64,000 nt of DNA from Sminthopsis crassicaudata (Eukaryota), in assembly GCF_048593235.1 (NCBI RefSeq), contig NC_133622.1:242513198-242577197 (forward strand), read 5' to 3'. Both the position numbers and the translations under genes were made by a program. Under the pieces are notes generated by a model that did not search any database, had not been told where the DNA came from, and saw nothing but the letters and a program-made list of their open reading frames with translations. Below, one piece after another: positions 24,009 through 36,984 of this stretch. The stretch's first letter is position 1. The number at the start of each line of letters is the position of its first letter.

Positions 24009-24588
24009 TGTTTCTTGAGGGTCTGCATGATGCAAGGAGGCGGGAGTCACTAATTTAACACTGGAATAAGTTATTTTGGGAAGACTGAAGCCTCACTTCA
24101 TTGGAGCTCTTTTAGCATAAGACAAACACCACCACCTTCTTTGAGTGATTTATTGTAATGTGCTGTTGTCTCCAGAAGCTGCAGATCGCTCTCTGGGAGG
24201 AGATCTGCTGTGTCAACTCAAATCTCTGGGACAGATTCTTCTTCCTATAGAGAACCGTTGTCTCCAGACAGTTGCCGTTAACTGTTGTCCAGAGAAGTGA
24301 CTTCCCTTCCTGCAGAGAGCCGCGTCAAGCCTGATGTAATGCAGAGACTTCTCCTATCTCTGGAGTGCTGTCCTCTTTTATCCTCCCAGAGAATGGGCGT
24401 GGGATAATGCAAGGGCTTTTGGGAAGAAGTACTCCAACCAATGAACTTGCTCCTCTTAGAATTCCTAAGGTGTAAACTCCCTTTAAAGGCCCAAACCAAA
24501 GGTCTGAGTCAAAGAACTGTCAAGTCAACCTGAGTTCTCACCTTGTAATTGTCCAGACAACCTGAGTTCTCACCTAGTAATCCTAACA
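24009..24588 (-). mobile_element. Solo LTR (~580 bp)
   Basis: Minus strand starts TGTTAGGATTACTAGG, has a GATAAAA box (~24380) and AATAAA (24154-24149), and ends in CA. Internal 17-bp repeat aacctgagttctcacct (24528, 24559). No clean TSD seen. Confidence 0.7.
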
Positions 24589-24904
24589 TCTTATAATTTG
24601 ACAAGACATATCTTGGAACCCAACAATGTAGCACTTTCATTATATTAGAAATCATGGAAGAACCAAGAGGAAGCTTTTCATTGTACGAATTACATCCCTC
24701 TGTATTTACTATATTCAAAATGAAAATAATTGTCATAAAATTAATTTTGAGCTTCTGGAGTTCTTACAAGGGTCTTGGGTACTCCCACGTTGCCTTGATC
24801 ATATTTTGAATACCTCTGATATGGCATCTTCTACCTAAAAGAAAGGTTCCGATAGAAAGTTTTTCCTGAAAGGAAAGGTTATATTTCAGATTCATTTATC
24901 TACA

Positions 24905-25250
24905 TAAAATATGAATTTGAGTCCATCAATTGGAGAATGGTTGGGTAAATTATGGTATATGAAGGTTATGGAATATTATTGTTCTGTAAGAAATGACCAG
25001 TAGGATGAATTTAGAAAGGTTTGGAGATATTTACATGAACTGATACTGAGTGAAATGAACAGAACCAGAAGATCATTATACACTTCAATGCTGTATGAAG
25101 ATGTATTCTGATGGAAGTGGAAATCTTCATCATAAAGAAGATCCAACTCACCCCCAGTTGATCAATGATGGACAGAAACAACTACACCCAGAGACAGAAG
25201 TCTGGGAATTGAGTGTAAAATGTTAACACTACTGTCTATCTACCCAGGTT
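24905..25250 (+). mobile_element. L1 ORF2 end/3' UTR fragment
   Basis: ccatcaattggagaatggttgggtaaattatggtatatgaa...gaaatgaacagaaccagaagatcatt, a typical L1 3' region. Confidence 0.8.
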
Positions 25251-26329
25251 AAAAATGAAAGTTTTGGGTGTCTTATAGAAAAGATTAGTGTGTTAATGCA
25301 CCTTCAAGATACTTCAAATCATCAATTTTCTTCATCTTCAAATGAGGAAGAAATAGGAAAGTATAATATCTTCATTTTTACAACTAATTATCCAGGATTG
25401 TCAATCATTTGAGGGAAAAGGGATCCTAAAAATAGCTAACATTCTACATATAAAATCAACTCTTCTTTTGGGAACATACCAGTCAAATCTGGGAAGGACC
25501 CTTAGTTACCATTTAATTTTAACTAGTTCATTTTAGCCAAAAGGAAATCAAAACAAAGAAAAAAGTGATTTTACCCAAGATAGTAAATATTAAAGGCAGG
25601 ATGTCTTCTATTGCTAATCCTAGTTCAAATTTTACTGAACGATTAGAATTTCTATCTAATCACTAATGAATCACTAACCTCTAATTTCTGCTAGGACAGG
25701 AAAGATGTCAGAACCAGCAATAATATCTGCTTCTAATTTCTGGTACAAAGAAGAATACAAAAATAATGGCCACTTCCAAGGAGCCCCAATGTGCTCTTGA
25801 ATGAATTAAGGAAGGATTATGCCTGAATTTATACTTCTGAACTCTTTCCCCTAAAGAATTTATCCAACATACTAAACTGTAGCAATTAAAGGATGTTCCT
25901 CTAATTATTTATGGGAATTCTTAATTGACAGAATAACAGTTTATCAGGGGAATTAGTCTCTTTATCTTCCTCATGTTCCAATTCTCTGTATCTTGAGTGT
26001 GTCTATTTACTTTATGTTTTTTTTTTTCTATGCTCCCTTCAGTAAAATATACGATTGAAAACGAAAATGATTTTTGTTTTTGTATTTCTAATTCTTCTCA
26101 TAGAGCAGCCTACCATTAATACTTCATGTATGTTGACTATAATATATGATATAAATTGTACATTTGCTTGTATAAATTTATATATTTATAAACGCACCAT
26201 GCAAAATCATGTCTATATGCATGTATGCATCTGCACATATATGTAAACTATATGTTTACAACATATATAATTGTTATTGCTATTGCTATTTCTCAATAGC
26301 ATTTTATTTTTTCCCAAATACATGTAAAT

Positions 26330-27115
26330 ATAGCTTTCAACATTCATTTTTTTTCTTTCTCTTCTTTTTTCTATTTTATTTTTATCTATATTTATTTATA
26401 TTATTATTATTTATTTAATTATTATTATTTTTTTTTTATTTACAATACATATGCATGGGTAATTTTTCAACATTGCAAAATCTTCTGTTCCAACTTTTCC
26501 CCTTCTTCCCCTCACCCCTTCCCTTAGATAGCAGGTAGTCCTATACATGTTAAATATGTTAAACTATATCAACATTCATTTCTGTAAGACTTTGTGTTCC
26601 ACATTGTGCAAAGCAATAGCAAGATTATACAATGATCAATTTTAACAGACATGGCTCTTTTCAACAGAGAGGTGACTCACACTTCCAGTGGTCTTGTGAT
26701 AGAGAGCTATTTGTAGCTCTTTTTTTGGGAACATCCCAGTCAAATCTGGGAAGGACCCTTATTAACCATTTAATTTTGACTCATTTCAGCCAAAAGGAAA
26801 TCAAAACAAAAAGAAAAGTGATTTTACCGAAGATAATAAATATTAAAGGCAGGATGTCTTCTATTGCTAATCCTAGTTCAAATTCTACTAAATGATGAGA
26901 GAGGACTATTGGATCTGAATGTGGATCACCACATAGTGTTTTCATTTTTTTTTTGTTGTTTGCTTGCTTTTTGTTTTCTTTCTCATTTGTTTCCTTTTTG
27001 ATCTGATTTTTTTATGCAGCATAATTGTTAAATGCGTATAGAAGAATTGTACATGTTTAACATGTGCATGCATATTGAAAATATTTTTTCCTTTATCAAA
27101 GAAGTAATGTGTGGG

Positions 27116-27155
<40 letters not shown>

Positions 27156-28620
27156 ATGTATATACACCCCCATATATATATGTACATATTTTCCTAGTGA
27201 CTGTGCTGTCTATCCTTAAAAAAAAAGACTTTGTGTTCCAAAATTTGCTCTCACTTTTTTACCTTGTCATGTTGCACAAGATAAAAATAAAACCACAAGA
27301 AAGAAAAAATTTTTGAAAATACTATGCTTTGATCCATACTTCTCTCTGTGGATATGATTGCCTTTTTCCAGCCTAAGTTTATTGGAATTGCCTTGAATCA
27401 CTGCATTGTACAGTGTTCCATTATATCATTACATTCATATACCACAACTTGTTCATCTATATTCAGTTGATGGACATCCTGTCCCTTTCCAGTTCTTTGC
27501 TGCTACAAAATGAGCTGCTATAGATACTTTGGATCCTTTTCCCTTTTTTTGTGATCTCTTTGGGATGGTATTAGTGGTAATGATGGATCAAAAGATATGT
27601 CCTAGTTTAATTGATATTTAGGCATAGTTCCAAATTGCTCTCCAGCATGGTTGAATCTATTCATAGGTTCACAAGTGGTGTACTGAAATTCTGATTTTCC
27701 CACATCTTCTCCAAAAATTATTATTTTCTTTTCCTGTAAGACTAGCCAATCCAATAGGTGTGAAATGGTACCTCAGAGTTAATTTGTTTGCATTGATCTA
27801 ATTGTCCATCATTTAGAACACATCATATCATTACAGATAGCTTTGATTTCCTCATCTAAAAACTACCTGTTGATATCCTGTGACTACTTATCAATTGAAG
27901 AATGATTTGCTTTCTTATAAATTTAACTCAGTTCTCTATTTGCTAGAAAAATGAAGCCTTTATTAAGATGCTTTCTATAAAAATTGTTTCCTGACTTTCT
28001 GTTTTTCTTCTAATCTTGATTATATTGATGTTGTTTATGCAAGTTTTTTAAAAACTTAATATAATCAAAATTATCATTTTTCATTTCTTAAAGATTTCTT
28101 CCTTTTTTTGGCTCTAAACACTTCCCTTCTTCATAGATCTGGTAGGTAAACTATTCCTTGTTCTCCTAACTTACTTATAGTATCACCTTTTATGCTCAAG
28201 TCATGTACCCATTTTGACCTTTTCTTAGTATATATATGGGATATTGGTTTATGTCTATTTTTCTGGCATGCTATTTTCCAGTTTGCCCAAGAGTTTTTGT
28301 CAAGTAGTGAGGTCTTACCTCAGAACTTGAGACTTTGGAATTATTAAACAATAGATTACTATAGTTATTTATTACTATATCTTGGGTATCTAATCTTTTT
28401 CACTGATATACCACCACTGTATTTCTTAGGGAGTACCAAATAATTTTAAATAAAAATGATTCATTTTAATACTTAATTTAATAGTTTTATATCACACTTA
28501 CTAAGCCACTTTCTCATGTATTTTTTTTTCATTAATTCCCTTGATATGTTTAACCTTTTGTTCATCCAGATGAATGTTGTTATTATGTAGTTTGGTAATT
28601 CCAAGAAGGACATGACAGTG
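26330..28620. mobile_element. Composite of L1 fragments (antisense tail, sense 3' UTR, antisense ORF2) with a (TA)n at ~27117-27154
   Basis: L1 3' UTR motifs at 26630-27075; antisense ORF2-type text 27330-28560 (gatggacatcc, ccagttctttgctgctacaaaa, ggtgtgaaatggtacctcagagt). Confidence 0.7.
26717..26889 (+). repeat. Dispersed direct copy of 25460-25636
   Basis: About 175 bp, roughly 92% identical by eye, inside an L1 3' UTR fragment. Confidence 0.9.
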
Positions 28621-30794
28621 TTTACTTTTCCCTCATATAACTTCTCTAGCACAGAGAGGGGTAATGTATGCAATAATAACAATGATACATACCTGAATGA
28701 TAGTGAATTCTCCCTGAAACACTAAATATATAATCATGGGCAAGTTGATTAAACTTTTTCTTTAATTTTCTTCTCTATAAAATGGGAATAATGCATTTAG
28801 GATGTTATAACCACTTTAAATCTCAGTCACATAATAGTGTGTTATACAAATCCTAGAAGGGTAAGTGCATCTATGTACCATTTAACAGGGAGATGACCTT
28901 ATTGACAGATTATAAGGAAGTAGCACTTTATGTCCCTAGAACTCCTGAAGATGATTAAATATACTCTATAACTAAAATTTGGCATGAAATGGCCCCAGTT
29001 AATACATTCAAATTTTAAAATACTTATCCGGGTTCTTAAGATTTTATTTCACATTCTAAATGTAAAAGGACTTTCCATACAAAATAGGAAAAAAATAGGG
29101 AAATGATAGTTTATAAACATGCCAAACAACACAATAGCTTCATTGTGATAAATGGTTTACTGTAATTACTTATACATAAGTACCATATTTTTTGCCATAC
29201 TTGTGAAAAATATAGTTTTATTCAAGCGATTCTTTGCCTTGGAGCCTCCATTGATGATTTAAGTCTCGTTGTTCTGTAGTGGTCTTTTAGTATCTCATAA
29301 TCTGTACCAGCAGAATATAAAAACGTCCAGTGATAGACCAGAGATTAGCTATCTTACATATATGAGCCAACTTTCAATGAGGCTTAGCACCAGGTATATG
29401 GGGATGATTTATTCATGCATACATCAAGGATCAAACTTACCCTTTCTTTTTGTAGATCAGTGGTTAGTGAGACTGTTTCAGAGAGTGATCAATAATAAAA
29501 TCAATTTTATAAGAATATTAAGATATTTTAATTTCTAACTATTAACTATTATTAACTATTGTTAACTATTGATAGATGTAATCCAACTAAACAGAATCTG
29601 TTTGGAGTCTTCAGTAATTTTAGTGTATAAAGAGATCCTGAGATCAAAAAGTTGGAAAATTTTGATTTTTAGAGTGCTCTCTCTATATAGGAATTGTAAA
29701 GTGTCTGACAAATGAATAGTCATCACAGATTTTGCCTATGATCTTATATTAAGGGCACTGTCTCTAAGACTATTATTACACTTTGGATCATCGCCTTAGA
29801 GTTAGAAGAGGTTTTGGAGAATTGCTTGTACTATATTATTTTATAAATGAGGAAACTGAGACAGAGAAAGCAGAAGTCACTTGACAAAGGTTACATTATC
29901 AGTAAATTACAGAGCTAGAATTCTATTCTGCATCCTCTTGAAGGCAAGGTTTACTATTTTGTCTTTTTTATTATCTCTTGTACAAAGCATAGTTTCTGGG
30001 ATTTGGTGAGCACTTGTTGGCTGACTCAGTGTTTCTAAAGTCAATGATCTCAAGATTCAGATAGAAAACTGATGGACTCAAAGGAATTAAATATACCTTA
30101 TCAGTCAAATAGTCCAAACCTCTTGTCTCATAGGTGATGATGTTGACTTACATTTTCTCTGGAGGTTACTGTATAGCAGAGAGTGTTGACCATGAAGACA
30201 GGATATTTTAAGTTTAGATTCTGACTAAGACAATTGCTTCTTGTGAAATTCTGGTAACTTCACTTAATCTCTATCATCATTTTCCTCATCTGTAAAATGG
30301 AAATAATACTGGCACCTGTTCTCCAAGGTTGCTTTGATGATCAAAAGAAATAAAGCAAATATGTAAGATGCTTTGATATCCTTGTTATAGTATAATAAAT
30401 ATTAAGTATTAATGGTTATTATTACATAAAATATTTTAAGGTTTACAAATATTTTACATGATCTCATTTCATCCTAACAATCCTTGTTCATACAAGTATT
30501 ATCACACATAGATTTTATTGATATGGAAACCAAGTACTGACTACCAAAATCATTGAATTTGGAGTTATAGGACATGAGTTTAATATCCAGCTTTATAGTA
30601 ACCTAACTCTGTGACTTTAGACATTCCACTTAAACACTTTTCACCTTGGTTTCCACTTTTGTCAAGTAAGAAGCTATTTATAGTCCCTTTTCATTTTAAT
30701 CTGTGGTCTTCAGGAACAACAACAACAACAAAAATAAGACCCAAACAAAAGTCTCCTGAATCTAACCTTAGTGTCCATTTTAATATGACTAAAA

Positions 30795-31553
30795 AATTGG
30801 GTTTTTTGTCTCCCTTCCCTCAGAATGTTTCAGCCATATCATGGCAGAAGATAAATATGTCATATGTTGATAATTAAAATGCTCCTGAACAAAAAGTCTA
30901 TTGGAGTAAATTTTGTTATCATTGTCATTGTCATTGTTGTTGTCTTTGACCAGCTCTTTCAGTGCTTTATTTTTATTAAAAGAGTTTCAAAGTACTGGTT
31001 CATAGTATTGTGTCTGCAAAGAACAAATTGAATGCCAGTCTTGGTTGAGAGCATACATACAGAAAGCAGCAACCAGATAAATGTGGATCTCTTTTGGCAT
31101 GATGCTATATCCATTTGGCTTGGACATGACCATGTATTTATTATAAGTTATTGTAACGAAGATATAATGCCGAACAAGAAGCAGTGTACTGCATGCGTAG
31201 CCCTTAAGAAAGTAACCAGAAAAGAAAACAGAGATATTTTCAGATAAAATGTTCACCAAAATCTTGGAGGTGATATTTGAGTAACAGTATAGGTCCTCAA
31301 CTTCCAAGTTACTGATGAGAAAGTGAATCCAAGTAAGAAGATAGTAGTCAGCACTAATCTGTACAGTCATTCCAAGATTTTCCACTAGAGGGAGAGCATA
31401 ATTCCCTAGAAAAACCATAAACAAGATATTCTTTAGCTCAGGACAATAAGCCAGTCTCTGTAGAATTGCAGTGCGTTTTATACCGAATCTTTCCATCTGA
31501 GCGAAATTTTCTATAGAAATAAAAGCAAAAGAAATCAGGAACAAAGAGGACAT
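30795..31553 (-). pseudogene. Heavily decayed OR5M-type pseudogene
   Basis: ORF 30987-31553 has eroded motifs (PELKNILFMVFL, ENLGM, DLYCYSNITSKILVNILSE, YNKYMVMSKP); a SAMIWLKHSEGR-like relic lies at ~30800-30860. Confidence 0.75.
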
Positions 31554-32689
31554 TATTGTTCTGTTTGTTTTTGTTGTTGTTTGTTTTGGAGTAAGGGAGA
31601 TGATTCACACAATTTGCCTTCTTGAAGGAGTCACAGTCTCACAGGGCTTCAGTTTCTTCGCTGGTGAAACAAGTGTTCTACTAGATGTGTCTTGTGTGTC
31701 CTTATCTGTTGCAATACTCTAATTCTATAATGCTATGATCAACAAAAAGGTGCTATTGAGTTCATCCCAAAGAGTATGGTAAGCAAAAAACAAAAAAACA
31801 AAAAACAAAATAAAACAAACAAACAAAAAAAAACAACAACACTGTTTCCTCATGTAATAATTGAAAATAATGGTGTGAAACCCAGTTACAATTAAAGCTA
31901 GATGGCATGCACTTCTACATGTGTTATCTCTGTTTTAATCACATCAAGAGGAATGGGGCAGGTAGAGCAAGCTTGGTTTAACATTATTTGAAAGCGAAAA
32001 TTTTATCTGTTGTTGCTCAAGTTAGGTAAAATATCTAGGTCCCCATTTACTTTCAAGATTTTCATTTATAAAATGGAAAGAAAAATACCTGTGGTATTTA
32101 ATCTGAAGGGTTGTTGTAAGAATTAACTGATAATAATATGTGTAAAATGTTTTAGACATAAATGCTATACAAATGTGTACTTATGCATGTATACACACAT
32201 ATGTGTGAATATCATTTATTCGTTTCAGACATGAGTGACTCCATGATCCCACTTGATATTTTCTTGGCAAAGACACTGGAATGATTTGTCATTTCCTTCT
32301 TCTGTTCATTTTACATATAAGAAAACTGAAGCAAATAGGGTTAAGTGACTTTTCTATGGTCATACCACTAATAAATATCTGAAGCTGGATTTAAAATTAT
32401 AAAGATAACTTTTTCTGATTCCAGGACTCACACTCTATCTAATGTAACACATAGATACCCATATATACAGGCATATATGCTTACATGTGAATATATAGGT
32501 TCAGATATATATGAACCTATATATTCACATGTAAGCATATATGCCTGTATATATGGGTACCTATATATATACATATACATATATATGTATATGTATACAT
32601 ATATATGTATATATATATGTATTAAAAGAAATATAGGTATACATATTATACTGTTTTATTTAATAGCTATTTTTCTAATCAATTTAGAA

Positions 32690-33730
32690 ATATTCTTTCA
32701 TAATCTTCTTTCTTAGGCTGTATATAATGGGGTTCCAACATGAGTCTCACAAAGAAATAAAATAAATCTAGGTTGCTCAAATCAGGATGACTGACTTGTC
32801 AATGATGGTCCAACATATATACAAAGTTAGGCTCCACCAAACACATCATTGACATGGGACTAGATCTACATATAGAGAACCCTTTGTACTGCATTCTACA
32901 GAACACTTTTACAAGCTGCTGATGAGAATGAAAATAAAGTAGATAAGGAAGATGAAGAAAGAATTGAAGACAATAAATTTTGCAACAGCAAATAGAGATG
33001 TATTTATATGAAAATATGACTATTTCTGTATGATAGACTGTTTAGTGTTGTTCTATAAGAGCTGAGTTGAAATTGTTCTATTTCTGACATGGACTGATTA
33101 TTCGACCATGTGCAAGTCATCAATCCCCTCAGTGCTGCAAGCTAGCACTTGCTAGCTTTTTTTTTTTTAATTTAGACTTTTAATTTTTAATTTTAATTTA
33201 GACATGTTTAGCAAGATAAATTAAAATTAAAAAGAACATAGATAATGAAAACATGTGGTTTCCTAAATCAATATGTCAGCGTGAGGGATCCTTATGTACA
33301 GTTTAATGACCCTGGTTTTCTGAGTTGATATCACTGTTCCAAGAATCTCAATTGTAGAGAAAGTATAGACTTCCTCCTCTAGATGTTTCCTTTATCAATG
33401 AAATCACAGGCCCAGGTCCTGTGAGATCCATCGGTTGTTATTATTATTAAATGAGAACAAAATCCAATGCATAACAATGCAAATAATATAATATGTATAC
33501 TTATANNNNNNNNNNNNNNNNNNNNNNNNNNNNNNNNNNNNNNNNNNNNNNNNNNNNNNNNNNNNNNNNNNNNNNNNNNNNNNNNNNNNNNNNNNNNNNN
33601 NNNNNNNNNNNNNNNNNNNNNNNNNNNNNNNNNNNNNNNNNNNNNNNNNNNNNNNNNNNNNNNNNATAGATATGTTCCCAAGTGCTTCTTCTATGTGACA
33701 TTTCAGGAAATAATATCTAACATTATATTC
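32690..33730 (-). pseudogene. Decayed OR5M5-like pseudogene with an internal ~385-bp insertion and an N gap
   Basis: 32690-33000 aligns to 35255-35570 ([29 protein letters not shown] relics). Alignment resumes at 33381, with AGATGT at both insertion ends (32996, 33381). A weak NVT relic lies at ~33690. Confidence 0.75.
33506..33665. other. Assembly gap (N run)
   Basis: Run of N. Confidence 1.
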
Positions 33731-35215
33731 ATCTTTCTTCAAGGTTGTATATAACTAGAGTGATAGTTCAAACACATTTCCCCCATTTCTTCTCCTGATT
33801 TCCAGATAGTTTATCTCTATGGATTTAATTTTTCTTTTAAATAAAATAAGTATTTAAAGCTTGATCAAGCTCACTATTAATTATTGAAAGAGTTAATATT
33901 TGAAAGTGAATCTCTTTAGAGATGAAGGGAAGCATTACTTGATGCTTGTCTCCAGGGTGAGGGGGAAGCTTGAGGATATGGGACAGATCCTCTACTAGAC
34001 AACAGTGGGTAATTCCTCCTAAACTTCAAGGAGAAATGCAAAGAAGTAGTCATTGTCCACATGTCATTGAAAAGCCATTTTGCATTCTAAGGCTCTATGT
34101 TCCACCTTTGATCCAATGTATACTGCTGGTCCTTTGAAGGCCAAAACGCATGTTCTTTATGTTCATGTTCTTTATGTACATTGAGCAAGACTTTGGGATT
34201 CACATAAAGCAGTTATTTTAATTCACTTCATTAAAGTGTTTGAAAAAAAAAACACCTCTAAGTGGAAAAGACAGCTATCTAAGAAATCTTATGAAGAAAT
34301 CACATTTTGGAGAGTGAGTGTGTAATTTTTATATTAATGAATAGGGCTATATTTTTAATGATTTATGTTATCACTGTAGAAAGACGCAGAGAAACTTTGG
34401 AATGATGGCCTCAATAAGAATATATACCTGTCTTTGTCTCTATGTAATAATCTAGTCATTGAACATATGAGAACAGCAAGACTGAGAGAAACAGGTCATG
34501 CAAGATCAAGCTGCTAGTAAGCATTAGGGTTTTTAAATTTAATTCCAAGTATTCTGACTTTAAATCATATACCATTATTGCTGAAATGTATATTATAAGA
34601 TTCATAGATTTAAAGAGCAAAAACAACTTGGAGTCTAATCTAGGATAAACCTGAGTTCTGGCATGATGAACAATTTTACCCAAGGTCACCCAAGTTGTAA
34701 GTAAGAAATAAAGGCTTTGAACCCAAGTACTATGATTCCAGAGCCATATCTGTTTCCATTGACCAAGTGTGTGTGTGTATGTCTGCATGTGTTTGCAAGG
34801 GCAGATTAGAATCATAACAGGCATGAACCATGTGAAAATCAAATCAAGTTCTCCATTCTCATAAATGTTTATTTGTTTTGCAAAAATAAATACATCTTTT
34901 TAAAGCCTATTTCTTGAATCTATTAAGTTTTATGTTCTCATTCAAGAACATTTGGCTAGCAAAGGAGATGTCAGCTCTGAAATAAGATGATAGATGAAAA
35001 AGGAATAGCCTATGTAATGTATTGATATTGATCTAATGGGAAAAGAACACAAGGAAGATCCTCAACAAATTGGGAGGACAATCTTTAGATTATTTAGGAA
35101 AAGTCATTTGTAAAAATGACAGTAGAGGATGAGAGAGGTTACAAGATGTACCAGTATGGTAATTGGTAATCATTGATGAGATCATAGATCTTTCAGAGTC
35201 TCAAAGTAGCCTATG

Positions 35216-36172
35216 CTATTTAGACAGGACGTTTTTTCTGATCAATTTACGAAATGCTTCTTTCACATCCTTGTTTCTTAGGCTGTAAATGATGGGGTTC
35301 AACATAGGACTCACAAAGGTATAGAAAACAGCTATAATCTTCGACTGTTCCACTGATTTGTCAGTGGGTGGTCTAACATACATGCAAAATAAGGTCCCAT
35401 AAAATACAGTCACTGCCACGAGATGAGACCCACAAGTAGAGAAGGCTTTGCGCCTACCTTCTGCTGAACGCATTCGCAGGATGGCAATGACAATGAAGAT
35501 ATAGGAGATAAGGATGACGAGGAGAGAGTTGGAGAGATTAAATCCTGCAACCACAAACATGGATGTTTCTTTGATGAAGGTATCAGAACACGAGAGCCGT
35601 ATGAGGGGCGGGTCAGCACAATAAAAATGGTTGATAATGTTGGAGCCACAGAAAGTCAAACGGTATGTCCACATGGTTTCCATCAGACCACTAAGGAATC
35701 CATAGATATATGGTCCAGCAATCAAGCGAATACAGACGGCTTTTGACATCTTGCTACTATAGAGTAGGGGGTTACATATAGCCATGTACCGGTCATAGGC
35801 CATAACTGCTAGCATGTAATATTCAGTAATCACCATGGCAATGAAGAAATAACACTGAACCAGACAAGCAGGGTATGAAATGGTTTTCTTCTCTGATAAG
35901 AAGTTCACTAGCATCTTGGGGGTAACATTGGTAGAATAGCATAGGTCTAGGCAAGATAAACTAGCAAGAAAGAAGTACATGGGAGTGTGGAGGCGGGAAT
36001 CTATCCTTATCAACACCATCATTCCAAGGTTCCCTCCTACAGTGATGAGGTAAATTACTAGAAATAGCACAAAAAGGATTGGTTGTAGCTCTGGACGATC
36101 AGTTAATCCCAAAAGAATAAATTCAGTCACCAGTGTGTAATTCCCTCTCTTCATTTCTTTAGAGATCAGCAT
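35216..36172 (-). CDS. OR5M5: Olfactory receptor OR5M5/Olfr1030-like (318 aa from [13 protein letters not shown])
   Basis: Intact ORF. Near-identical to recalled mouse Olfr1030 ([74 protein letters not shown]). Pyrimidine-rich acceptor AG at 36180-36179 just upstream of ATG 36172. Confidence 0.88.
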   Translation of the reverse strand: MLISKEMKRGNYTLVTEFILLGLTDRPELQPILFVLFLVIYLITVGGNLGMMVLIRIDSRLHTPMYFFLASLSCLDLCYSTNVTPKMLVNFLSEKKTISYPACLVQCYFFIAMVITEYYMLAVMAYDRYMAICNPLLYSSKMSKAVCIRLIAGPYIYGFLSGLMETMWTYRLTFCGSNIINHFYCADPPLIRLSCSDTFIKETSMFVVAGFNLSNSLLVILISYIFIVIAILRMRSAEGRRKAFSTCGSHLVAVTVFYGTLFCMYVRPPTDKSVEQSKIIAVFYTFVSPMLNPIIYSLRNKDVKEAFRKLIRKNVLSK

Positions 36173-36294
36173 TTTCCACTTAGATAAATTAAAATAAATA
36201 ATGGAGGAGAATGAAAAACAAATTTCCAAGTGTCTCTTTTTCCATATCCCACTCTACTCTTATTCTGTATCTTTGTCTCTGTATCTCTCTTACA

Positions 36295-36434
36295 NNNNNN
36301 NNNNNNNNNNNNNNNNNNNNNNNNNNNNNNNNNNNNNNNNNNNNNNNNNNNNNNNNNNNNNNNNNNNNNNNNNNNNNNNNNNNNNNNNNNNNNNNNNNNN
36401 NNNNNNNNNNNNNNNNNNNNNNNNNNNNNNNNNN
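36295..36434. other. Assembly gap (N run)
   Basis: Run of N. Confidence 1.
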
Positions 36435-36855
36435 TTCTAGAAACACATAATCTAAGCTGTTCATAAATTCATATAGATCATTACAGATCATCTCCTTCTT
36501 TCATAAGTATTTCATGAATAATTTCTAAAGAAGTTACATGATTCACCTTAGGAAACAGAAGGATTTAATGATGGACCAGGGAGTATCTATAGAATCCAAA
36601 TTTTTTTAGTGACAACCTAATGTTATTTTTGTTGCACCTTAAAAACTCACTTTGTCAGAACTTTAGTAACAGGAAATTATTACCTAATGGATCTAAGGGC
36701 CCAAACTATTGATCATTCAGCATGTAGAAGCAAAGTGAAATGACTCTGGTCCCACTTTCATTAGAAATCAAGACAGCAATGTTTCATAGAATCTTATTAA
36801 TGCTAAGTTCATCTATTCTAACTCCTACACAAAACATGATCTCCCCCCCCCCCCC

Positions 36856-36984
36856 AGGCTGGGGTTAAGTGACTTGCCCAGTGTCACACAGCCAGGAAGT
36901 GTTAAGTGTCTGGGACCAGATTTGAACTCGGGTCCTCCTGAATTCAGGGCTGGTGCTTTATCCACTGCACCATCTAGCTGCCCC
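36856..36984 (-). mobile_element. WSINE1-type SINE, antisense
   Basis: Reverse complement of the 18251 element (...gctggtgctttatccactgcaccatctagctgcccc). Confidence 0.85.

Noticed and set aside
24009-24588. Target-site duplication for this solo LTR
   Set aside because: Flanks AAATC and TCTTA do not match; the left boundary is uncertain, so no TSD is claimed.
25780-25960. Cluster of TAATT and TCCAAGGA motifs as an OR enhancer or promoter of the lost paralog
   Set aside because: Motif density is not distinguishable from AT-rich background without conservation or chromatin data.
29330-29460. Faint resemblance to the [11 protein letters not shown] region
   Set aside because: Too short and gapped to support by eye.
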